Sequence record: NC_062582.1 | Direction: 5' to 3' (one strand) | DNA: 64,000 bases | Shown here: positions 1 through 8,891 of the stretch, in pieces | Layout: each line of letters opens with the position of its first letter | Numbering within the stretch: position 1 is the stretch's first letter | Position numbers and translations under genes: made by a program | Notes under the pieces: model-generated | Told to the model about the DNA's origin: nothing | The model's input: the letters and a program-made list of their open reading frames with translations, nothing else | Databases searched by the model: none

Positions 1-594
1 ATGACTGATATTAAAACCATTCCCGGTATTGACAACGCTAAACTCACCAAGCTTGCTCGTAGTCTGATTCTCAACGCAGACGATCCAGACAACACCAAGA
101 TGTTGAAAGCTCTTACAGTTGTTGTTGATGGCACTCCACCAGAAGCGATTACGTTGTCCTTTGATGAAGTTGAAGGTCTGATTAACATCATGGATCTATA
201 TCGTCCTATTAAAGCACGCCTAGACATCACCCAGTGGGTCATGATGACTTATCAACTCAATGACTTGATCGATCTACTGGAAACAGGTTATCTCATCACT
301 GAGTACATTCTAGAGCTTGATGCACAAACTAAAGTGGTTACCTTTGAAGGTATTATCACTGAAGCTAAATGTATTCCTGAACATCCGGAATATGACCCAA
401 GTGTAGTATCTAGTCCGAAGTTGTTTTCTTTTACGTTGGGTGACTTCGACATTATCCAACAGATTGCCGTTACACGTTTGATGGCTCAGAAAGATCCTAA
501 GTTCGAACCAGTTGCAGGTACCTTTGATATTAGTTGGACCTATGTGTTCAAAGACAGTACTGTAACTTTCGAAACAAAAGGATTGGGTGAATGA
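1..594 (+). CDS. hypothetical protein (197 aa)
   Basis: ORF with ATGA overlap into DHFR; no recognised motif. Confidence 0.75.
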   Translation: MTDIKTIPGIDNAKLTKLARSLILNADDPDNTKMLKALTVVVDGTPPEAITLSFDEVEGLINIMDLYRPIKARLDITQWVMMTYQLNDLIDLLETGYLITEYILELDAQTKVVTFEGIITEAKCIPEHPEYDPSVVSSPKLFSFTLGDFDIIQQIAVTRLMAQKDPKFEPVAGTFDISWTYVFKDSTVTFETKGLGE

Positions 595-1151
595 TTAAAA
601 CTAATCTGATTGTTGCACGTTCGCAGAATGGTATTATTGGTAAGGACAATACCATCCCATGGAATATTCCTGCGGACCTGACCCTGTTCAAAAAACTAAC
701 AACAAATAAAGCAATTGTAATGGGGCGTAATACATTTAAATCCATTGGTATGATTTTACCGAATAGGTTAAACATTGTTGTCAGTTCTAAAGAACATCAC
801 AAAACTTTAGTTAATCCAAATTTAGTTTACGTGACATCTCTTTACGACGCACGCGTATTAGCCAAAGAAAAAGGATACGATGAATTATGGGTGATCGGTG
901 GTGAGCGGCTTTACAAGGAAGCAATGCCGATCGTAAACGAGCTTTACATTACAGAAGTTCTTATAACGGTACCATACACTGTTAACGATACTGTAGCTAA
1001 GTTTAATCCAGACATTGATCCTTTGCGGTGGGACAAAGTAGAGCACATCGTAAATACGGGTGACGGAATTGGCTTCGACTTTACCCGCTACAATCGCATT
1101 CGTCATGCGCCTAACAAAGATGCACGCAGTATCCCAGTTATTAGCGATTGA
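591..1151 (+). CDS. folA: dihydrofolate reductase
   Basis: LIVA..NGIIG.DNTIPW..PADL..FK, VMGRNTF.SI..LPNR.NIVVS and VIGG..LY motifs. Confidence 0.96.
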   Translation: MIKTNLIVARSQNGIIGKDNTIPWNIPADLTLFKKLTTNKAIVMGRNTFKSIGMILPNRLNIVVSSKEHHKTLVNPNLVYVTSLYDARVLAKEKGYDELWVIGGERLYKEAMPIVNELYITEVLITVPYTVNDTVAKFNPDIDPLRWDKVEHIVNTGDGIGFDFTRYNRIRHAPNKDARSIPVISD

Positions 1152-1153
1152 CA

Positions 1154-1188
1154 GCATATTGCCCCTACCCGAAGGTAGGGGCTTTATA
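1154..1188. terminator. GC hairpin between convergent genes
   Basis: GCCCCTACC-CGAA-GGTAGGGGC followed by TTTAT. Confidence 0.8.
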
Positions 1189-1194
1189 CCGTGT

Positions 1195-3426
1195 TTACCA
1201 TCTGCCGCGAACAGCAGCACGTACAGGACGACTAGAAACGAATGCTCTCTCTGCATGTGCACCAGGAGCAGTGAATCGGTTAGTGTGCATTTTACGTACA
1301 CGGTCTTCGTTCACTTGTGCAATCATTGCATCGATACCTACACCGGTTGCTTCTTCTACGTCGATCAGTTTAGAGATAGCTTTCAAACGCATCTCGATCT
1401 TAGTAGCCAGCATCCGGTTAGCTTCACCTTTTAGAGATTCAATCAGCATGTCGAACTCAGTCTTGTAACGTTTGTTCTGTGCTTCTTTGAATACTTCTAC
1501 AGGAGTCAGTTCAACATCACGTGTTGTGGCTTTAGAGAAGATGGTCTTCTGGTTGATACCGTAGTAATCCAGATGCTCACCTTTAATGCAAGCCCAGTGA
1601 GCCAACAACATAGATACAACCATGTCATCGTGGTTACCTCGACTGTGGTCAATACGACCGTTCTTAATAACCATTGCAAGCATCTCTGTGATGAGACCTT
1701 TGTCGTTCATACGTCGACCACCGTATTGCAGAGAACTTGGTAGAGCCTCTTTAAACAATGCGTCACGACTATAACGACCACTACCTGAGGTGTTGTAACC
1801 GAAGTAGCGTTTAAAGCGATCGTAGAAGCTTGTGCTACGCGAAGACATTGGTGTATAGATCTCAGCGAACTCAGATACCAATACGTTCTGTTCGTCGACT
1901 ACTCGGTTGAAGATACGACGGAATGGATCGATACCAGCTTTATGCAGTACCAGAATAACCATGTCGATCAGAGAGATACCAGTAGATTTACGTTCTGGAA
2001 TCCAGGTGATGTTATCGTATTTGATTAACATGTCTGCAATGAAACCAGCCAATACAGGAATCGATGTTTCGTTAAAGCGACCAGTAAATAGAATCTCGTG
2101 AGTCTCGATATCAATCCCTACAAAACCAGTGGCGTCGTTGTCTTCGCCTAAAAGTTCAGATGGGTCAGTGCCGAGCATTACTTTACAGGTTGCCATACGT
2201 TGATCGATTTCATGTTCTGGAATGTACCAACGAACTACGTAGCCGTTGTGGTCAAATATGTTAGCTAATGGATCACGCATTGCTTCTTTCAGAATACGTT
2301 TCTGATCTTCGGTTAAAGGAGAACCTTCACCACCGACAGTCCAGATGTTAAAGAAGTCACGGTCAGCAATTTCACCATGGGCGTTGTTATCACGTAATGT
2401 GTTATACATCCACATGTCATCATAACCAAGTTGACGATGGTTGAATGCGCCGTAGATGAGATGCTTCTTACCAGCACAGCCTTTAGCAACAACTGCTGCC
2501 ACGGAACGTTTGGAGGTGAGGTCCATATAAGTCTCAGACCAAATAGCACCACCGGTCATGAAATCGTGTGCATAACGACCATCACGTGTTGTAACGTTAC
2601 CAGCTGTTGTAGTAAAGATACTACCATAGAACTGACCATTCTCTTTTGCTTCAAGACGCGCCATGTTACCGGAAGACAGTGCAACAGGTAAGGTAGCTTC
2701 AATCCAGTTGAGGTATGCAACTTCGTCGAAGTGCATGATTGGAATTGTAAGACCACGACCAAGTTTGTCGGCAGCAGATTTATCGTTACGGGCAACAGCT
2801 GTGTTATAACGGTTTTCCAAACGTACGCAAGTCAGCATCTCGGAGTTGTCTGCGTCAGCCTTATCCATCATGTCGATGTAATCTGGTAACAGATCTCGCA
2901 TCTCTTTAAGACGATGTAAGTTAGACTGCCGTAGCTTAGCGTCTTTTGTAATAAGGTTGATTGAAGTTTTGAAACCCCAGATGTACATGATACCAATCAT
3001 CAGTACGTCAGTAGATACCGACTTACCGGTTTGACGTGGTTGTAGTAATCCAAAGTCAACGTGGTTAAAGAAACTCCAATACAAAGCAATGTTACCACGG
3101 TTAGCGCGGAACCTAGAAGGTACAGGACCAGAGTTAGAAGGCACCAATGCAACTTCACGGAAATAATACCAAGGGTTGAGTTTACACTCATACGCAATCT
3201 TGGCTTTTGTAATACGATCAAGGTTTGGGTCGAATGGGTCCACCCCTTGTAGCTCAGGTTGTAACAAAGCTAGCATGAACTTCCAGTTCTTAATACCGAG
3301 TTCTGTACGGTAAATATGTGCCAGCTTTAGAAAAGACTTGTTAGTTGTTTTAAGGTCAGCGATCGCTGTAGGAGCACGATCCCAGTCTGACTCAAATAAA
3401 ATCATATCCATTTTGATATTACCCAA
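1195..3426 (-). CDS. terL: terminase large subunit (phiKZ gp25-like)
   Basis: Walker A QPRQTGKS, Walker B HFDE, C-terminal nuclease HDDMVVS; precedes virion module. Confidence 0.93.
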   Translation of the reverse strand: MGNIKMDMILFESDWDRAPTAIADLKTTNKSFLKLAHIYRTELGIKNWKFMLALLQPELQGVDPFDPNLDRITKAKIAYECKLNPWYYFREVALVPSNSGPVPSRFRANRGNIALYWSFFNHVDFGLLQPRQTGKSVSTDVLMIGIMYIWGFKTSINLITKDAKLRQSNLHRLKEMRDLLPDYIDMMDKADADNSEMLTCVRLENRYNTAVARNDKSAADKLGRGLTIPIMHFDEVAYLNWIEATLPVALSSGNMARLEAKENGQFYGSIFTTTAGNVTTRDGRYAHDFMTGGAIWSETYMDLTSKRSVAAVVAKGCAGKKHLIYGAFNHRQLGYDDMWMYNTLRDNNAHGEIADRDFFNIWTVGGEGSPLTEDQKRILKEAMRDPLANIFDHNGYVVRWYIPEHEIDQRMATCKVMLGTDPSELLGEDNDATGFVGIDIETHEILFTGRFNETSIPVLAGFIADMLIKYDNITWIPERKSTGISLIDMVILVLHKAGIDPFRRIFNRVVDEQNVLVSEFAEIYTPMSSRSTSFYDRFKRYFGYNTSGSGRYSRDALFKEALPSSLQYGGRRMNDKGLITEMLAMVIKNGRIDHSRGNHDDMVVSMLLAHWACIKGEHLDYYGINQKTIFSKATTRDVELTPVEVFKEAQNKRYKTEFDMLIESLKGEANRMLATKIEMRLKAISKLIDVEEATGVGIDAMIAQVNEDRVRKMHTNRFTAPGAHAERAFVSSRPVRAAVRGRW

Positions 3427-3435
3427 TGTAAGTTA

Positions 3436-3443
3436 TATTCATA
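3436..3443 (-). promoter_or_regulatory. candidate late (nvRNAP) promoter TATG for terL
   Basis: minus-strand TATGAATA just upstream of start; same octamer before tail sheath; phiKZ late promoters have a TATG core. Confidence 0.4.
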
Positions 3444-3453
3444 CGGTTGTTAT

Positions 3454-3480
3454 TAGAAGCGATTTTAGGACTATATCACT
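3454..3480 (+). promoter_or_regulatory. early promoter variant (TATATCAC)
   Basis: TAGAAGCGATTTTAGGACTATATCACT resembles other TATATTAC sites; heads an accessory operon. Confidence 0.55.
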
Positions 3481-3533
3481 AACGTGGTAATAATCGCGCG
3501 ACCAAGCTTTCAGATGACTTTAAAGGGTGTATA

Positions 3534-3794
3534 ATGAAATTATTCGTGGCTGTAGAACATGGTAAAGATGGCGAACGTGTACAGTGGTCAGAGGATGTTA
3601 ATCTGATCGTCTTCTGTGCCGAGAGTATTGAGGACTGGCCAAAGGTTGCCGAGTTGTTTAACTCTCTTAAGTTACCTGCCCGTCATCACCATCTAATGGT
3701 TTATACTGATAGTGATTGGCGTATAAGAGAAATTGGTGAAACTACATTGTTCACCGTTCCAACCATTATCGAGCATGCAGTAGCTGACGCGTAA
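3534..3794 (+). CDS. hypothetical protein
   Basis: ORF with SD, first in early cluster. Confidence 0.75.
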   Translation: MKLFVAVEHGKDGERVQWSEDVNLIVFCAESIEDWPKVAELFNSLKLPARHHHLMVYTDSDWRIREIGETTLFTVPTIIEHAVADA

Positions 3795-3805
3795 AGGAAT
3801 TAATA

Positions 3806-4237
3806 ATGGATCATATTGAACCCTATCGAATTCGTATGAATTACGACGAGTTTCAAAATTACATGCGTGGTGTATTTGATCAATACGAACGGCAACTCGC
3901 TGAGGAATGTATTGATTTAGATACTTTGGATTCACGGGTAGCTGCGATTAAAAATGCTGGTGGAACTGAAACCCGTATGCTGTACCGTGAACCTAATCCT
4001 GCTTTTGTTAACTTTGATTGGAACAAGTCTAAACCGGAGCCCGTTCCGGTTGAGTTCAAGCCTGCTCCAATTCCACGACAACCCGTCAAGAAGAAAGCAC
4101 GTGACTACCACTGTGGTGTTGCAACTGCTTTCTGTGATGATCTAAAAGAAACGATCCGTTGCCAGGTTGGTGACCATGTCGATTTGAGTTTCTTCGACTA
4201 CTACGAATCGGACGATCTCTTTAGCAAGGAACTGTAA
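3806..4237 (+). CDS. hypothetical protein
   Basis: AAGGA SD; tight packing. Confidence 0.8.
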   Translation: MDHIEPYRIRMNYDEFQNYMRGVFDQYERQLAEECIDLDTLDSRVAAIKNAGGTETRMLYREPNPAFVNFDWNKSKPEPVPVEFKPAPIPRQPVKKKARDYHCGVATAFCDDLKETIRCQVGDHVDLSFFDYYESDDLFSKEL

Positions 4238-4238
4238 C

Positions 4239-4352
4239 ATGCGTAAAGTGAGAAAGGTTAAGTGCGAAACAAATGCTTGTCTGTGCCTGTTTGTATTTGA
4301 CCTTCTCATTGCGTGCGCAATGGTTGTAGTCTTAGCAAACCAACTCCATTAA
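4239..4352 (+). CDS. small putative membrane peptide (37 aa), not in ORF track
   Basis: MRKVRKVKCETNACLCLFVFDLLIACAMVVVLANQLH; AAGGA 8 nt upstream; fills the gap. Confidence 0.5.
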   Translation: MRKVRKVKCETNACLCLFVFDLLIACAMVVVLANQLH

Positions 4353-4361
4353 GGAAGTTAT

Positions 4362-4778
4362 ATGAAACTCTATCGTTGGTTGAATGACAAAGGGAATGGT
4401 CTCTATCAGGATAACTTCCCTAGTCGTGTTGGTTTGGTCTTTGGTGGTCCAGACTCACATGAAGATATCCCTTATTACCAACCGCCTCTTTACGAAGACG
4501 TGCGTGGTTTTAAGTTTGAAGAACTCGATCGTTATTTCTGTGCGTTCCTTTCCATTGATCAGATGATGTCTTGGTTCAGGGAAATTGACACTTTATCCAT
4601 CTTCGTGGAAGGTGGGAAGCTTATGGAAATTACAATCGAAGACCAGTATGTCTTATCTGGTCGACACCAATGTATCTATCGTAAATACCGTTCTACTGAA
4701 GAACGTGAAATAACGGTAGATGAATTTATCGACTTGGCAGATACAGCCGAAAATAAATGGAGAAAGTTTTGGGACTAA
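4362..4778 (+). CDS. hypothetical protein, possible ADP-ribosyltransferase-like fold
   Basis: LYR..G.GLY, FCAFLS.DQM..WF, late Q pattern. Confidence 0.75.
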   Translation: MKLYRWLNDKGNGLYQDNFPSRVGLVFGGPDSHEDIPYYQPPLYEDVRGFKFEELDRYFCAFLSIDQMMSWFREIDTLSIFVEGGKLMEITIEDQYVLSGRHQCIYRKYRSTEEREITVDEFIDLADTAENKWRKFWD

Positions 4779-5002
4779 AAGATCGCTGGGAATTATACCG
4801 TCTTAATAAACGTCGATTCGAAACCAATCGCGTTAAGACCGGCAAAGTTAAAGGTACTTGTACTGACCTTTTCTTTGTTACTCTAATCACGGTTCTGGAG
4901 GAATGGGAAGTTGAAACCTGTCTCCCTTCGCATGACATAACCGATGAGTATCACAAAGAATGGGTTGTCTCTGATCGTTCCTGGTATTGGTTTTGGGAGT
5001 AA
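4757..5002 (+). CDS. hypothetical protein
   Basis: ORF in operon. Confidence 0.6.
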   Translation: MEKVLGLKDRWELYRLNKRRFETNRVKTGKVKGTCTDLFFVTLITVLEEWEVETCLPSHDITDEYHKEWVVSDRSWYWFWE

Positions 5003-5008
5003 TACAAA

Positions 5009-5257
5009 ATGTCTAAAGTAATTTTTATTGCAACACTTATCGGCACTGCTTCTAACAATGTATCACCCACCACAGAAACCCTTAGGGTTGATTTCACCCA
5101 AGGTTTTGACCTGATGGATAAATGCCGTAAGTTCGAACAAAGCTATCACGTCGGTAATGGTTCTATTGTTAGTCGTGGTAACAAACTGGTCAGCCGCTAC
5201 GTCGTCGAAGGTAGCAAAATAGTAACTCTTGAAACCATGTGTTTGGAACAAGAATAA
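5009..5257 (+). CDS. small putative exported two-Cys protein
   Basis: hydrophobic N-terminus, two Cys; resembles the 30133-31002 trio. Confidence 0.7.
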   Translation: MSKVIFIATLIGTASNNVSPTTETLRVDFTQGFDLMDKCRKFEQSYHVGNGSIVSRGNKLVSRYVVEGSKIVTLETMCLEQE

Positions 5258-5283
5258 CCTAAACTTTTCTCAGGAAGATAAAT

Positions 5284-5817
5284 ATGAAAACTGCAAATCT
5301 TTCCACCCTGAACGATCATTACGCCATTGAAATCACTGGTGAAGATGGTCCGGAATATTGGGCACATAGTGATATTTACATTGCGGATATTACCCATGAG
5401 TTTGTTGGGAAATTCAACAAGCAATCTGTGGGGCACTGGTTGGACTGGCATACTCGACGCGGTATTAATGCGCGGGCGGTTCCAGTAAGTCATCATCACA
5501 CTCTGGTAAAATGGCCAGATTATGGTTGGGTGGTAATTGTTCCAAATGGTCGTGAATCGTCCGTCCATAAAGCGTACCTTGCCGGTACTTATGGTGATGG
5601 TTGGTTCATGAAAGATGAGGGCACTACTGAACGTCTTCTTTGCATGAACATTGGCGAATATGTCTATTGGGAGATGAAAGTCCAAGGTAAGAACCTTGGT
5701 GACTTAACGGTCATCGTTGAAGGTGATCGTCATGTGGCTAATTCTTTTAATATCCCGACTGATTCTGATCTCAGTTATCAGTTTACTTTTGATGTAAATC
5801 CAGTGGAACTAGTTTAA
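5284..5817 (+). CDS. hypothetical protein
   Basis: AGGA SD; ORF. Confidence 0.8.
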   Translation: MKTANLSTLNDHYAIEITGEDGPEYWAHSDIYIADITHEFVGKFNKQSVGHWLDWHTRRGINARAVPVSHHHTLVKWPDYGWVVIVPNGRESSVHKAYLAGTYGDGWFMKDEGTTERLLCMNIGEYVYWEMKVQGKNLGDLTVIVEGDRHVANSFNIPTDSDLSYQFTFDVNPVELV

Positions 5818-6029
5818 TGGCTATTAACATTACAATCCCGTTGTCCCGTTGGAAACAGTTTGGTCGTATCCCGGCTAATGGTCAACGTATGGGTCAGCAG
5901 TTCCACCAGTTTATGGAATTGCACAAAGTAACAGATCGTGACAACAAGATCTGGTGCGACACTCTTTATGAAGCCAGCGATAAAGCAGCGCGTCAAATGA
6001 TTCTTGCTTCTATTGATCAAACTTGCTGA
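5817..6029 (+). CDS. hypothetical protein (QRxGQxF motif)
   Basis: TAATG coupling. Confidence 0.75.
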   Translation: MAINITIPLSRWKQFGRIPANGQRMGQQFHQFMELHKVTDRDNKIWCDTLYEASDKAARQMILASIDQTC

Positions 6030-6039
6030 GGTGTTTAAA

Positions 6040-6318
6040 ATGATTAAAGTTATGGATGTTATCAAAGCGACAATGTCGGAAGATTCCAAAGCTAACCTTG
6101 AGTATATCAACGAAGCTTTGATTGCTCTTCTTTATAAAGAGCGTGAAGAGGTTGATTACAGCACAGGACTGTCAATCACGTTACCTAACGCAGTGACGCA
6201 AAACGAAGCTTATCCAATCATCAAAGTTCTTATGGACGCTGGTTGGGAACGGGTAAGCGTTGTAGAGAACAAGACTGTAGTAATCCACTTCCCGGCTAGT
6301 AAGTACCATGGCAAATAA
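6040..6318 (+). CDS. hypothetical protein
   Basis: GAGGT SD before ATG 6040. Confidence 0.75.
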   Translation: MIKVMDVIKATMSEDSKANLEYINEALIALLYKEREEVDYSTGLSITLPNAVTQNEAYPIIKVLMDAGWERVSVVENKTVVIHFPASKYHGK

Positions 6319-6517
6319 TCGTAACTACCAGGTTGTCATTGGTCCGACTAATCGCGAGAAACTTTTTGAGACGGGCATCTGTGTAGGTTATCTGCATGGG
6401 CATACTTTGATCACAGGTAAGTACAAGCACGTACATGCTGTGATCAAAGAACTCGATTTGATTTGTTATAGCGAAGTGGCCCTCGTACCTTCAACCCAAT
6501 TTCCTGAGAGAACTTAA
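6308..6517 (+). CDS. hypothetical protein
   Basis: overlapping ORF in operon. Confidence 0.65.
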   Translation: MANNRNYQVVIGPTNREKLFETGICVGYLHGHTLITGKYKHVHAVIKELDLICYSEVALVPSTQFPERT

Positions 6518-6518
6518 C

Positions 6519-6983
6519 ATGCAAACAGTTCAAACCGCTAATCCGTTGTTTGATATTCCAACTGGTAAATACGTTGTCGATAATATTCCCACTAAAGAAG
6601 AGCTGTTAAATGGCAGGTCATTACTGAGCTATATTCAAAGCTACAATCCTAAATCTTCTTTTAGTGTTTCCCAGATGGGTAAACAGCTAACTAAGATCTT
6701 TGATACTGATCCAGATACTGTGGAACGTTACCAGGCTGTGGCGGCTTACTTTGTGCTCGGTGGTTATAAGGTCGAATTCAATGGCGTTGATGTACCAGTG
6801 ATCTACTGGACCGATTATGAAATGCAGCTTGTTGATATGCATGAAGTTATCAAGAACTGCATCAGTGGTCCAAGACATGTAGCTAAAGAGAACTTGTTTA
6901 CCGATGAGTTCTACGAAAAGATCCGTAATGCTGCTGGCGAAGAATCAAGCATCGTTATTGACTCATTCAGTAAAGTAGAATGA
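6519..6983 (+). CDS. hypothetical protein
   Basis: ORF in operon. Confidence 0.8.
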   Translation: MQTVQTANPLFDIPTGKYVVDNIPTKEELLNGRSLLSYIQSYNPKSSFSVSQMGKQLTKIFDTDPDTVERYQAVAAYFVLGGYKVEFNGVDVPVIYWTDYEMQLVDMHEVIKNCISGPRHVAKENLFTDEFYEKIRNAAGEESSIVIDSFSKVE

Positions 6984-7171
6984 ATCGGTTACTATACTGG
7001 TGGTATCGTCGTAAGGCCGATAAGTATCTAATGAATCGTCAGATGCGATTGACGTTCATGCAGATGTTTGATGACATCCCTAAAGAGAAAGTATTGGCGT
7101 GGACGAATCTGTTCCACGATGATTACATCCGAGAAATCAACAAGCTCAAAAAGAAATACAACATTAAATAA
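6980..7171 (+). CDS. small basic hypothetical protein
   Basis: ATGA overlap; ends at terminator. Confidence 0.7.
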   Translation: MNRLLYWWYRRKADKYLMNRQMRLTFMQMFDDIPKEKVLAWTNLFHDDYIREINKLKKKYNIK

Positions 7172-7175
7172 AAAC

Positions 7176-7212
7176 GGCATATTGTCCACTCCTTCGGGAG
7201 TGGACTTTATAC
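7176..7212. terminator. bidirectional hairpin
   Basis: GTCCACTCC-TTCG-GGAGTGGAC between convergent genes, T-run nearby. Confidence 0.85.
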
Positions 7213-7233
7213 TCTTATTTTTTTTTTGTTCGA

Positions 7234-8889
7234 TTATGGCATTGTCTGTTGAATTGGCAATGCAGTCATCGCAAGTTGTAGATCGTTATCGTAAGTACGT
7301 TTGATCCACTGGATATTCAGCAACTGCCCATCTGTCAGATCGTTGTTTACTTTCAATACATCTTTCCATTGGGAAACGGCAAACTCGTATTGGTTGTGAA
7401 CAAAATGTAGAACGAAGTGAGTAGGGTACGGTGCGTACTCTTCTTGCTGTGTATCAACAAGAGGTTCAGCATCGAAGTACATCTTCTTGATCCATTCCTC
7501 GTACGTGTTAGCCCCGTTACGCAAACGGAGATCCCAGATATTAGTTTGGATGTAATCTACTTGAGCCTTCAGGTCACGACCATAACCAGAGATAGTATCA
7601 GGACGTGGGTAGACTTCCCAGTTAGGATCGGTCTCACCAGAATTGAGCAGTGCCAATTGGAAGGTGGTTACGAAACGGTAAGGAGCAAAGCGACCATCGA
7701 CTTGGTTAAGGTTAACAGCAAAGGTCAGTGTCTGGATTTCACCATACGTACGTGGACGATAAGGAGCAGAGTTAAGACCCAACTCTACATACGGCGTACA
7801 GTTGTAGTAACGTTGACGATCTGCGTTGTACAGCCAGAACTCCAAGCGATAACCAATCTGTGGCGATACCCAGTTTGGATAAACAAACATCCGGCAACTA
7901 TAAGCACCGTCAACAGGAATAGTCCGTGCGATGTAGTTCTCAGTTACTACTCGATGAGCAGTTGGAACAACACCATAGGCAATCTCATCGGGAGCCAGTT
8001 GATACGTTGCTGTCATTGGGAACTCTTCGCCCTCAACTGTAGCAATGTAGTTCTCTAGACCTTCGATATTAAACGTACCGCCAATTGGCAACCGTTGTGT
8101 ACGACCACCACGATAATGAACAATACCTTGCAATGGCAAAGATTGAACCATTACGTTCAGAGGGAACTCGATAACCTTAGGGTCAGCACTACTAATGAAA
8201 GGAGTATCAATAGTGATACCACCAACGAAAGATTTAGTGTTGTCTGCTTGACGAATAGTCTCGCTGTTGATTACCAGAAGCTGTGCATAACTAACTACGC
8301 CACCTAACGAATCGTAAGCCACCAAGGTAACACGCTCGTTGTCGTCCAGATCAGCATTGGTAAAACCAACCATTGGAACAGAAGTGGTATTAACCGTAGT
8401 ACCTGGAATCACGTAAGGCGTTACAGGGACGTATGGGCCGAGATAGGTGTTAGACGAGTCGTAGTATGCCGAAATGATTTCCCCGTATTCCTCGGAGATG
8501 TCAGAGCCTTTAAACACCTTATACGAAGCAACCATGCTACCATACCAGTGAAGGCGGGTATCTGGGGCAAAAGTAAATGGTGTAACAGACTTGTCCAAGA
8601 ACATGCGGTAGCTCTCAGAACTATAGCCGGGACCCACACCGATAAGTACGTTCTCTTCACCATCTGGATCAGTACCTTTTGGTGGTTCCCACTTCTTCAG
8701 TACCGGCATGTGAGTACCGAACTCTACGTCAATCACACGGAAGAAGCCTTGATCCCAATCGACAACCATGTCATCCTTGTTAGGAACCCAGCGATTAGTC
8801 TCGCCGGGCTTCTGGATGATTTCGGCTCGGTTCCAAACTCGGAACCCGCGATCTGGATCATAAAAATTAGAATTGCTGTAGTCAGCCAT
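7234..8889 (-). CDS. virion structural protein (phiKZ gp26-like)
   Basis: 551 aa, synteny between terL and tail sheath. Confidence 0.75.
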   Translation of the reverse strand: MADYSNSNFYDPDRGFRVWNRAEIIQKPGETNRWVPNKDDMVVDWDQGFFRVIDVEFGTHMPVLKKWEPPKGTDPDGEENVLIGVGPGYSSESYRMFLDKSVTPFTFAPDTRLHWYGSMVASYKVFKGSDISEEYGEIISAYYDSSNTYLGPYVPVTPYVIPGTTVNTTSVPMVGFTNADLDDNERVTLVAYDSLGGVVSYAQLLVINSETIRQADNTKSFVGGITIDTPFISSADPKVIEFPLNVMVQSLPLQGIVHYRGGRTQRLPIGGTFNIEGLENYIATVEGEEFPMTATYQLAPDEIAYGVVPTAHRVVTENYIARTIPVDGAYSCRMFVYPNWVSPQIGYRLEFWLYNADRQRYYNCTPYVELGLNSAPYRPRTYGEIQTLTFAVNLNQVDGRFAPYRFVTTFQLALLNSGETDPNWEVYPRPDTISGYGRDLKAQVDYIQTNIWDLRLRNGANTYEEWIKKMYFDAEPLVDTQQEEYAPYPTHFVLHFVHNQYEFAVSQWKDVLKVNNDLTDGQLLNIQWIKRTYDNDLQLAMTALPIQQTMP

Positions 8890-8891
8890 TT

